This document shows, piece after piece, positions 1 through 7,658 of a DNA stretch of 58,619 bases (positions within the stretch are counted from its first letter, which is position 1; each line of letters starts with the position of its first letter). The translations under genes were made by a program, and so were the position numbers. The notes beneath the pieces were generated by a model. The model was not told the origin of the DNA. It worked only from the letters and a program-made list of their open reading frames with translations, and made no database searches. The stretch lies in the IMG/VR virus record IMGVR_UViG_3300030202_000422, positions 1 through 58,619 of that record; one strand, given 5' to 3'. Source of the stretch: a virus. Taxonomy: Duplodnaviria; Caudoviricetes.

Positions 1-168
1 CCACAGATTAAGCCCACGGTTCTGCCACTCGATTGTTATCAGATTCATAGACCGTCTGGCTGTACGAAGATCATATCCAGAACGCATTTCTCGACCAGCA
101 CGTTCCCACGCTTCTTCAGCGATCTCCGTGAAGTCCATGTTGAATGCGGTTGTGCCAGAAGTAGCCAT
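1..168 (-). CDS. 5' part of head-tail adaptor/virion structural protein, truncated by the window edge; allele of 56952..57641
   Basis: Translates MATSGTTAFNMDFTEIAEEAWERAGREMRSGYDLRTARRSMNLITIEWQNRGLNLW, nearly identical to the N-terminus of 56952..57641. Confidence 0.85.
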   Translation of the reverse strand, partial: MATSGTTAFNMDFTEIAEEAWERAGREMRSGYDLRTARRSMNLITIEWQNRGLNLW

Positions 169-477
169 CTATTTCTTCTTAGTTGCAGCTTTCTTTTTAG
201 CTGGGGCTTTCTTTTTTATAGCGGGTTCTTCTACCCACGCCTCGTTTTCTGGGGTATCGGGATCATCAGCTATAAACTGACCCTCATCAGTTCTTGCACG
301 AGTGCGCTTAGTCTCTGTTGCGGGCTGTAACTCAGCTAATGCTGCGTTTGCCTCTTCTTCACTCATCAAATTAGCATTTACGATATCGTAAGTACCGTCT
401 TCTTTATTATTACGAACTTGAAAGACGGGCCTTCCGTCTGAAAAGTTTCCGTTCTGGAATACTTCTAAATCAGCCAT
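169..477 (-). CDS. Hypothetical protein with RARTDEGQFIADDPDTPENEAW motif and Lys-rich tail
   Basis: 102 aa ORF overlapping or abutting its neighbours, GAGG RBS; absent from the right-end copy. Confidence 0.75.
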   Translation of the reverse strand: MADLEVFQNGNFSDGRPVFQVRNNKEDGTYDIVNANLMSEEEANAALAELQPATETKRTRARTDEGQFIADDPDTPENEAWVEEPAIKKKAPAKKKAATKKK

Positions 478-811
478 TTTTACTACCTCTCACATATAAA
501 GTTTTCTTACGCCTTCCTTTACGAACTTTACCGCAGCCTTTATGGTGCTCTCGCATTAAACCACCATCAAATGCAGTTCTAACCTTTGCTTTCTTCGTGT
601 TTGCTACTACTTGCTGGCCCCCTGCCCCTGCTTTCTTCTTCTTTCTAGCAGTTTTAGCTCGTTCTGCCTGACTAAGAGACTGTGCTTTTGCTTTCGGCAA
701 ACATCGATCTGGGTTCTTTTTATTCTCTGACGTACCGCACGGACCTTTTATCTTGCCATCTGTGCCGATACGAACCCACTGTTGGTCACGCCATTGCTTT
801 AATTGTCCCAT
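470..811 (-). CDS. Small basic phage protein (DUF5872-like)
   Basis: WxDQQWVRIG..GPCG..RCLPKAKA motif; allele at 57638..57976. Confidence 0.8.
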   Translation of the reverse strand: MGQLKQWRDQQWVRIGTDGKIKGPCGTSENKKNPDRCLPKAKAQSLSQAERAKTARKKKKAGAGGQQVVANTKKAKVRTAFDGGLMREHHKGCGKVRKGRRKKTLYVRGSKNG

Positions 812-1095
812 CAGCCAGCCTTCCTAGCTCTACGTATAGCTTCTTTACCACGCTTCGCAATATCTGCTTGAGTATGTTTACCCGCTGCCTTAGCCCTCTG
901 TTCTAACACCGTAAGTATCTGTATCTTCCTAGCAAAAGGCTTCCTTACTTTTTTAACCTTAGCCACAGTGTCACGAGCATCCTGTGCAGTAGCGTACTTT
1001 ATAGATACAGTATCTTTAGGATTCTCATCCGTATACAGCCTTCTACCACTACCCTTCGGCTTTTTACCTGTTCCTACTTTAGGATCTTTAGCCAT
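811..1095 (-). CDS. Small basic phage protein (GSGRRLYTDENPKDTV family)
   Basis: 94 aa; start overlaps the upstream stop (TAATG); absent from the right-end copy. Confidence 0.8.
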   Translation of the reverse strand: MAKDPKVGTGKKPKGSGRRLYTDENPKDTVSIKYATAQDARDTVAKVKKVRKPFARKIQILTVLEQRAKAAGKHTQADIAKRGKEAIRRARKAG

Positions 1096-1274
1096 TACTT
1101 CTTCTTTTTCTTGCTGCCTTTGGCGTAGTTAGGATCTTTGCAGTATTTAGAAGCTGCCATGTTTGCATAAGCTGACGGGTATGTATCGAAAGTCCGTTTA
1201 GCCCACGCCTTTCCTTTCGGGCAGATTTTTCCACCCGACTTAACTTTACCGCCTGACTTATAGTATCTTCTCAT
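1095..1274 (-). CDS. Small basic protein, 59 aa, not in the ORF track: MRRYYKSGGKVKSGGKICPKGKAWAKRTFDTYPSAYANMAASKYCKDPNYAKGSKKKKK
   Basis: ATGA and TAATG coupling at its ends; conserved with mostly synonymous changes at 57976..58155. Confidence 0.85.
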   Translation of the reverse strand: MRRYYKSGGKVKSGGKICPKGKAWAKRTFDTYPSAYANMAASKYCKDPNYAKGSKKKKK

Positions 1275-1801
1275 CGCATCTTCGTTGGTCTTACACCCTT
1301 ACGAGCTATTCCAGCACCTCTGACCTTTGGTTTAGAAGCTTTCTTCTTGGTAGCCATCTTAGACTTCATACCACCAACTGCGTAGCCTTTAGACTTCATC
1401 TTCATGCCGCCTTTAGCCATACCTTTAGACTTCATCTTCATGCCGCCTTTAGCCATACCCTTAGCTTTCATCTTCATGCCGCCTTTTTTAAATCTTAATG
1501 GAGCTTCATCTTTCGGTGGCCTAAGTAGATCCGACTTCCCACTACGTCCAGCTATTTCTTCTTTAGCCATCTTCTTATCGCGCTTTGTGTCCTGCATTTT
1601 TCGCGTAGATTCTGGTTTTTGAGTTCTTTTAACGCCTATATTGGCTGTACCTGCCTTATCACTAATAGCTGAATCACGTTTTTTAATTTGGTCTTTGGCC
1701 TTATCCACAGCCGCTTTGCCAAATTTCATCGTCGCTGCTCTGGCTCCATTCGCCATTAAAAATTTAGCTGCTGCTCCTAATACTGGTAGTGCTACTGGCA
1801 T
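1271..1801 (-). CDS. Basic low-complexity protein with KGMAKGGMKMKS repeats; putative internal capsid/DNA-binding protein
   Basis: 176 aa, very Lys-rich, ends KVRGAGIARKGVRPTKMR. Confidence 0.8.
   Translation of the reverse strand: MPVALPVLGAAAKFLMANGARAATMKFGKAAVDKAKDQIKKRDSAISDKAGTANIGVKRTQKPESTRKMQDTKRDKKMAKEEIAGRSGKSDLLRPPKDEAPLRFKKGGMKMKAKGMAKGGMKMKSKGMAKGGMKMKSKGYAVGGMKSKMATKKKASKPKVRGAGIARKGVRPTKMR
1386..1486. repeat. 36-bp coding tandem repeat, ~2.8 copies
   Basis: cctttagacttcatcttcatgccgcctttagccata at 1386 and 1422, degenerate copy at 1458. Confidence 0.9.
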
Positions 1802-1804
1802 AAT

Positions 1805-2479
1805 TTACTCCGCGTATAAGTTGTTAAACACTTGATTAACGTCCAACGTGTAATCAAGATCCGATTTACTATAGTGAACGTGCTGTGACGGCTTAAAGTC
1901 TGGCGCACCTTCCCCCGTTTCAAACCATGCCGGATGTGTAACTCTTACCCTGTTGTTAGGTAATGCCACTATATTTCCGGTCCAAGGTCCAGCATCCAAA
2001 AGCTCCATGACATGACTTTGCTTATGTTGTGCTGGATCATCTGCAATCTCTGAGTCTGTATAGTCCACAGTAAACATATACTTTGCTGGATACATTTCGC
2101 CGTCTATCTTTGCTAACCAAGGACATGGGACAGCACGATCAAGAACATACACCCCGTGATCCCTCGAACTACAGTCCCAAGGTTGAGCGGCCCAGACATC
2201 CATAGGTTCAGGCCATTCCTCATAAGGCGTATCACCGACCAATGCTGTAATCGGCATCCTCGCCCACATAGCTCCCCCGTGAACATTCGGCTCACTTTCA
2301 TCGTCGTATGTCTCTGCTCCTGTAAAAATCACTTGAAAACTCAAACACCTACAAGGAATTGCTGTAACCGCAATCGCCATTGCGTGTAAGAACTCACCAT
2401 GATACTTCTCATGGTTGTGCGTATACTCTCTTCGCACCCAGCACTTGAAGTGCGGGATGTTGCTTTGTAAATATGCCAA
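1805..2479 (-). CDS. Conserved hypothetical phage protein
   Basis: 224 aa, Trp/Cys/His-rich globular sequence (GGAMWARMP, QPWDC, HKQSHV, ALPNNR) in the late operon. Confidence 0.8.
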   Translation of the reverse strand: MAYLQSNIPHFKCWVRREYTHNHEKYHGEFLHAMAIAVTAIPCRCLSFQVIFTGAETYDDESEPNVHGGAMWARMPITALVGDTPYEEWPEPMDVWAAQPWDCSSRDHGVYVLDRAVPCPWLAKIDGEMYPAKYMFTVDYTDSEIADDPAQHKQSHVMELLDAGPWTGNIVALPNNRVRVTHPAWFETGEGAPDFKPSQHVHYSKSDLDYTLDVNQVFNNLYAE

Positions 2480-2480
2480 T

Positions 2481-2804
2481 TTAGCATCTCCATCTTTTTC
2501 GCGCCTGACGCAGCCTTGAGTTAGGGTCTTTTGCTGCTTTAGGGAATTTTTTCATTTGACCTGCTGAACGAGCACAGAAAGACTTTCTACGCTTCGCTCG
2601 ACTGCCCGAAGGACTTTTTTCAGTAACCGCCGTCTTTAACTTACTGCCGGGGTTCTGTCGTCTATATTTAGCAACGCCTTTTGCTGTCATACCAGCGCCA
2701 GACTTAGTGGGACGTTTATCCCCGCTCTTTATAGACATACCAGACATACCACCCCTCTTGAAGGAAGGGCAGCTTTCTGGTTTCTTTTTGTAGTAGCTAC
2801 GCAT
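2481..2804 (-). CDS. Small basic phage protein (RRKSFCARS..RLRQARKRWRC family)
   Basis: 107 aa Lys/Arg-rich, FKRGG motif. Confidence 0.8.
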   Translation of the reverse strand: MRSYYKKKPESCPSFKRGGMSGMSIKSGDKRPTKSGAGMTAKGVAKYRRQNPGSKLKTAVTEKSPSGSRAKRRKSFCARSAGQMKKFPKAAKDPNSRLRQARKRWRC

Positions 2805-3408
2805 GAAACGCTGTCATAGACGTAAAAGTACCACCTGTATAAGTGATAATTATACCGCTTGGAAAGCGCATACCCTCTTCGGGTATGGTTATATCTCGCG
2901 TTATCGTAGCACTAGCAACAGTTCCAACCTCCATCAGGGTTGTACCCGAAACAGAAGTGGTTCTGAATTTTATCGTACCCGCTGTAGCTGAGTTAACTAT
3001 GTAAGCTCCTTTCAGCCTAGCTGGGCCAGCGAATATGTTATCCGCGCAGCTATCGCTAACTCCAGCTTTCACATTACCTGCTGGATCACCCACAGCAGTT
3101 ATAGATGCGATAGTCTTGAAGAAGCCACTGCTAGTAGCAACACCCGCATTTGCGCCAGTAACTGACTCTGTTAAAGCATCACCAAAAATATCTGTACCCA
3201 CTACGGTAAAAGATATTTCATCGTCATCCCCAGCAGAGGTAATCGTAACAAGTTGCCCTGAGTTCAGGGTAACTGAACCACCAGAAGCTAAAGCACCTCC
3301 AATAGTTAGTGCTGCGTTGTTGCCAACAGCGGCGCTTGCGGATATACCATCGTCGTCTGCGGCGATACCTGCGGTTCTAAATACCGCAATTACATCAGAC
3401 ATACCCAT
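2797..3408 (-). CDS. Putative virion structural protein
   Basis: 203 aa Ala/Gly/Thr-rich beta-type sequence downstream of the capsid gene. Confidence 0.65.
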   Translation of the reverse strand: MGMSDVIAVFRTAGIAADDDGISASAAVGNNAALTIGGALASGGSVTLNSGQLVTITSAGDDDEISFTVVGTDIFGDALTESVTGANAGVATSSGFFKTIASITAVGDPAGNVKAGVSDSCADNIFAGPARLKGAYIVNSATAGTIKFRTTSVSGTTLMEVGTVASATITRDITIPEEGMRFPSGIIITYTGGTFTSMTAFHA

Positions 3409-3420
3409 GATTACCCCCTG

Positions 3421-3969
3421 TTACGCTATCTGAACGTACTCAATGATGAACGTAAAAGAACCTGCTGTCGTAGCATCAACCGTATTGGTAATGTTGCAGA
3501 AGATCGTTCTTGCAGCAGAAGTGTACTGGACAGAAGCAGGGGCGGTAGTGCCACTTTGAGTCTGAACAACTAGAGTGGTTAGCGTTACGTTGTGTTCAAC
3601 AACCGTTGTACCACCATCAAGAATCTCATCTGTTACCGCAGCTACAATTTCAGCGCCAGAACTAGAAGTTCCTACTTCATAACCAATGTCACCCGTTCCA
3701 ATAACAGGGGAGGTATCACAGAAAATTTTAATGTCTGTGATAATGGTATTTGCAGGTTGCGTAAACTCACCAATAGCAGGGCTATCGCCAGCGGTAGTGT
3801 TAACTGTTACACCCGTAGCAAAACCTACGTGCTTGACATACTTGTCCGTAACAATTCCAGTAGAAGCAATAGATGCAACATCTGTAACTGCGCCTGTGGT
3901 GGCATTTTTAGAGATTACTGTAAACCCATTCTCTGAACGAACTGGGCCGTTGAAAGTCGTATTAGCCAT
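3421..3969 (-). CDS. Putative virion structural protein (MANTTFNGPVRSENGF family)
   Basis: 182 aa, AGGAGA RBS, first gene after the major capsid gene. Confidence 0.7.
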   Translation of the reverse strand: MANTTFNGPVRSENGFTVISKNATTGAVTDVASIASTGIVTDKYVKHVGFATGVTVNTTAGDSPAIGEFTQPANTIITDIKIFCDTSPVIGTGDIGYEVGTSSSGAEIVAAVTDEILDGGTTVVEHNVTLTTLVVQTQSGTTAPASVQYTSAARTIFCNITNTVDATTAGSFTFIIEYVQIA

Positions 3970-4023
3970 ATGTTTCTCCTGTCGTGGCTAGTGTCAGTCA
4001 CGGGATGCGACTGTCAGGAATAA

Positions 4024-4054
4024 ATTTTATATCATAGAAACAAAAAGGGGGCAA
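4024..4054 (-). promoter_or_regulatory. Putative sigma70-type promoter overlapping the capsid terminator
   Basis: Minus strand TTGCCC-N17-TATAAA with an extended TG. Confidence 0.45.
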
Positions 4055-4067
4055 CAAATGCCCCCTC
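4042..4067 (-). terminator. Rho-independent terminator after the major capsid gene
   Basis: GGGGGCA-tttgt-TGCCCCC followed by TTTTT on the minus strand. Confidence 0.8.
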
Positions 4068-4086
4068 TAAGAAGTGTAGTTACACT

Positions 4087-4995
4087 TTAGGCTCCGGGTG
4101 ATCCGAAAATTCCGAGTGGGTCACTTACCCCAAACGAATACCTTTCTCTCGCTTTATAACGAGAGTTGCCCGTATCAAAGTCTGCATCCATAGATGTAGC
4201 CATTGGTGAACGAACAAAGTGCTTCAGACCGTTTGGTATGTCAGTCGTTAAGAAAAACGCATCGGTATCGGTCAAATAATGATTGATTGTGTAACCACCC
4301 GGTACAGAACCGTTGTTACGCAATGCGTTCAAGTCATTATCAGCCGTTCCAACCCTACCTTCAGTCTCTAACAAACGAGTTGCTACGAACTGTAGATTTG
4401 GTGGGATAACCAAAGTATTTGGTCTTGCAGCGATTAACAATCCACGCTCATCAGTCCATCCAGCTATCTGAATGACGGCGGCTTCCAAAGAAGTCTCGTT
4501 CAAATCAGCAGCCACAGCGGGTCTGTTTGAGTTAGTGCCGCCAGAAACTAGCGGGTGTGCCGTTGAACACAGAGTCTGTCCGTCACCATAAGTAGTACCT
4601 GCTGCAAACGCATTATTAAGAATGGTAGCTGCTTTAACTTGCTTGGTGTACGCCATTGCTCGGGCCAAAGCCTTCGTATATCTTGCTGATAACGAGTCAT
4701 ACAGATTATCTTCGATTGCTTCTTCCGTAATCGAAAATCCCATAGCAATAGTTTCGTGCGTGTACCTTGCGGTGAACGCCTCTTGTGCGTTGTCATACTC
4801 AATTGCAGCGCCTTCGTCTTTGACGGGGGCAGCAGAAAAGCCTGACAACTTGGTTTCTTCTTCAAAAGAACGGTCAGAAGTCTCTGATTCAAAGATTTCT
4901 TTATGCTCTTCTCCATACTTAGCATACTCCATTCCGAACAAAGCGTTCAGTCCGGGCAGGAGTTCTTTAAGTAATTGCGCTCTTGAAATAGCCAT
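4087..4995 (-). CDS. Major capsid protein (HK97 fold, Mu gpT-like family)
   Basis: MAISRAQLLKELLPGLNALFG...YKARERYSFGVSDPLG; lies after scaffold and decoration genes; followed by a terminator. Confidence 0.9.
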   Translation of the reverse strand: MAISRAQLLKELLPGLNALFGMEYAKYGEEHKEIFESETSDRSFEEETKLSGFSAAPVKDEGAAIEYDNAQEAFTARYTHETIAMGFSITEEAIEDNLYDSLSARYTKALARAMAYTKQVKAATILNNAFAAGTTYGDGQTLCSTAHPLVSGGTNSNRPAVAADLNETSLEAAVIQIAGWTDERGLLIAARPNTLVIPPNLQFVATRLLETEGRVGTADNDLNALRNNGSVPGGYTINHYLTDTDAFFLTTDIPNGLKHFVRSPMATSMDADFDTGNSRYKARERYSFGVSDPLGIFGSPGA

Positions 4996-5008
4996 TTCTT
5001 AACTCTCC

Positions 5009-5602
5009 TTATACGCCAGTGGTGTTGGCAAATGCGTGACCTGCGTTCCACTTAACATACGCTTCCGTAAACCCGCCAGAAGAGTTCTTGGTTTCTTCAA
5101 CCAACTCAACAATACGGAAAGGGAGCGTAGCTGTGGTAGCAGATGTATCTGAAATAGCACTAGCAGAATTACCTGTTACGGTGCTTCCGCTATTGTTTAC
5201 TCCAGCGACATTTGCGCCAATATCAGTGATAGCCAAGTCACCAATCGTTGTACCGGAAGATACAACAGCAACCTTGAACAATACGTCCGTAGCATCGCAT
5301 ACATACGCTTTAATATCTGAAGCGGCTGTGCTTGCTGGGTAGTATTGTCTAAAAGTCACTTGTGAAGTGCTTGGGTCGGTGTAAGTTACACCCATGAAAA
5401 CTCCAATAGGAGTCATGGCAGCATCAAACGTATCACGCTCGACAGTGCCTCCAGTAACTAACTTGACAGCATCCCCGTAGAAAATGTCCGTCGCATAACC
5501 GCTGGCTATGCTGTATTGACGAACTGTGCCTACATAAGGAACACCACTAAGCAGTTTTACTGGCTTTAGCCCATAAGGGGCATCAACTGTTGGATAAGCC
5601 AT
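5009..5602 (-). CDS. Capsid decoration/cement protein
   Basis: 197 aa, APYGLKPV..IFYGDAV motif, directly upstream of the capsid gene. Confidence 0.65.
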   Translation of the reverse strand: MAYPTVDAPYGLKPVKLLSGVPYVGTVRQYSIASGYATDIFYGDAVKLVTGGTVERDTFDAAMTPIGVFMGVTYTDPSTSQVTFRQYYPASTAASDIKAYVCDATDVLFKVAVVSSGTTIGDLAITDIGANVAGVNNSGSTVTGNSASAISDTSATTATLPFRIVELVEETKNSSGGFTEAYVKWNAGHAFANTTGV

Positions 5603-5623
5603 GTTAACCTCTTAACAAAAAAT

Positions 5624-6076
5624 TTAAGTTCCTTTACCAAAATTGGTAACTTTAGTTGTGCGCTCGTTGAATAATGGCATACGAGGGTCGTTTTCGCGCA
5701 TAAGGTTATTGTCAACAGAGTTCATCTGTTGCCTAGTTTGGTTTTCGTAATAATCATTACGCTCGTTAACCAACTCTTCTGGAGCTTTACAAAGCAACAA
5801 ACCACCCTGCAATACATTACCTTTGAACCTTTCGTCCGTATCAGTTAATGCAAATTCTGGATGATCTTCTGCTTTTACAGGCTCCCAACCTTCACGTAAT
5901 TTTGAGGAGACGTTAGTGGCATCAGTTACTCCAAGAGTAGCAATCCGCACCCAACGAAACTCGTAGCCGTCCTGCGGTTCCGGGTTGCTTAACACATCCG
6001 GTTTAACCCAGTGTCGCTTACGAGTTTTCGTATCGCGTGTTTCGTGATCTCTTTTAACTCTATTTTCAGCCATCAC
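5624..6076 (-). CDS. Conserved head-module hypothetical protein
   Basis: FRWVR..KLREGWEPV..GGLLLCK motif between scaffold and decoration genes. Confidence 0.75.
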   Translation of the reverse strand: MMAENRVKRDHETRDTKTRKRHWVKPDVLSNPEPQDGYEFRWVRIATLGVTDATNVSSKLREGWEPVKAEDHPEFALTDTDERFKGNVLQGGLLLCKAPEELVNERNDYYENQTRQQMNSVDNNLMRENDPRMPLFNERTTKVTNFGKGT

Positions 6077-7083
6077 TATCCCTCAGTTTTATTTAATGCA
6101 GCCATTTGTTTGGCGTATTCTTCGAGTGGAACTCCCAATTTCCTTGCTATGGCTTGTGCAGATTGCGATAGTCTTACTTTCTTAGGACTTGTGCTCCGCG
6201 CTGCGGGTGCAACTACATTTGACCTTGGCTTGGGTTTCTCTACTTCTTCTGCCCCTCCTTCATTAAAGTAGTCAGGGTAGAAAGATCGCATACGAACATC
6301 AATTTGTTCATAGTAAGTATCCTCCTGTGGCGTTATGTCGTTCCTCATTAGCGATTGGTGTATCGCCATTGCAACATCTCGCATATCTTGGTTTTCTTTA
6401 AACCAAGGGTTGTCATTCGCCCATTTTTCGGCTCTGGGGTCAGCAACTCTTGATTGTTGTACAGGAGTTTCTTCTTCTTGTAAAGGCGGCAACGCAAAGT
6501 TGTCCAGCCTATCAGAACGTATCTTAACGTTAGTCAGAGCTTCCTGTGCTTCTACCACACGATCTGCTTCTCCTGACTCATACGCTTCTTTATACGTTTG
6601 TTTCGCTGCTTCTAATTCAGACTCCGTAGCACGTTTAGCCTGCTCTAAAAGAGCTTCCTGATTCTTGTTAACAGTACCTTTTAACTCTTTATTCTCATCA
6701 ATAAGTCGTTGGGCATACTGTTCTAGTTCTTCACGCTCTCTTTGAGCCGATTCCTTTGCCCGCCGTTCATCGTGATAGCCCTTACTAAAATGTTTGATTC
6801 GTTGTTGAACCTTCTCAGAATAGTCGGCTAACTCATCATCTGTAACATCAGACGGGGGTTCAGAAGGTTTACGGTTGCGATCTGCTTTAGGAGTATCGTC
6901 GTATACCTCGACTTCAACTTTATCTTCTACTTCTGGTTCTACTTCCGGCTCTGGCTCTTTGTAATCCTCTGCCGTTTTCTTACCAGATAAATCTATTTCA
7001 ACCTCGCCCGAATCTTCCACTTCTATTGCTGCATCCTCTTGTTCATCTTCAGGGAACTCAAATTCTACTTTCTGAAATGCCAT
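6076..7083 (-). CDS. Capsid scaffolding protein
   Basis: Acidic coiled-coil, W..DNPWF motif, basic C-terminal helix AIARKLGVPLEEYAKQ. Confidence 0.75.
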   Translation of the reverse strand: MAFQKVEFEFPEDEQEDAAIEVEDSGEVEIDLSGKKTAEDYKEPEPEVEPEVEDKVEVEVYDDTPKADRNRKPSEPPSDVTDDELADYSEKVQQRIKHFSKGYHDERRAKESAQREREELEQYAQRLIDENKELKGTVNKNQEALLEQAKRATESELEAAKQTYKEAYESGEADRVVEAQEALTNVKIRSDRLDNFALPPLQEEETPVQQSRVADPRAEKWANDNPWFKENQDMRDVAMAIHQSLMRNDITPQEDTYYEQIDVRMRSFYPDYFNEGGAEEVEKPKPRSNVVAPAARSTSPKKVRLSQSAQAIARKLGVPLEEYAKQMAALNKTEG

Positions 7084-7093
7084 GTCTTACTCC

Positions 7094-7471
7094 CTATACT
7101 CGCTCTATACCACGATGGTCAGCCACAACTGCTTCGATTGAATCATCATTCATCAGTCGGTACTCTGAACCATCAATAGTAAACCTAGTGCCAGTATTAG
7201 CGCGAAACATAACATAATCCCCGGTTTTACACCAAGCCCCAGTAGGGAATCTATCCTCATCTGAGTATGCCTGTTTGCCCATATCAATCACCACTCCGAT
7301 AATCGACATGACTTGTTCGTTATTTTTAGTAGTAACTGATTTTAGTAAGTCAGTTCCTTCAAACGCCTCTTCCACTTGAGGCATTGCTACTAATACCTTA
7401 TACCCAACGGGTACAGGTAATTGTGCTTCAAACTCTTCTTCCGTTATGCTCGCTTGCGCGGTATCAGTCAT
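7094..7471 (-). CDS. groES: GroES/Cpn10-like co-chaperonin
   Basis: LPVPVGYKVLV...WCKTGDYVMF...G.EYRLMNDDSIEAVV, a Cpn10 pattern. Confidence 0.8.
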   Translation of the reverse strand: MTDTAQASITEEEFEAQLPVPVGYKVLVAMPQVEEAFEGTDLLKSVTTKNNEQVMSIIGVVIDMGKQAYSDEDRFPTGAWCKTGDYVMFRANTGTRFTIDGSEYRLMNDDSIEAVVADHRGIERV

Positions 7472-7658
7472 CTTCGTACTCCATATTGCGCGAAAGGTCT
7501 TCGATATAGCCCAAGCAGGTGTCCAGACCTCGTAATAACCCTGCCGTTTCCTTATACTGAGAGAAGTCCTTTACCGCTCCCCCCACCAAGAAATTTGTTG
7601 CAGAAGCTTTATCAGCTTCGATTCGCTCTCTTAAAACATCTAATACGGTCTTAGCCAC
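7464..7658 (-). CDS. Hypothetical protein
   Basis: 64 aa, coupled between portal and groES. Confidence 0.7.
   Translation of the reverse strand: MAKTVLDVLRERIEADKASATNFLVGGAVKDFSQYKETAGLLRGLDTCLGYIEDLSRNMEYEDD

Larger units (their letters stand above)
1..1400. repeat. Left copy of a diverged terminal duplication, homologous to 57474-58619
   Basis: Position 1 aligns to 57474; same gene order with mostly synonymous differences; two extra genes in this copy. Confidence 0.85.
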
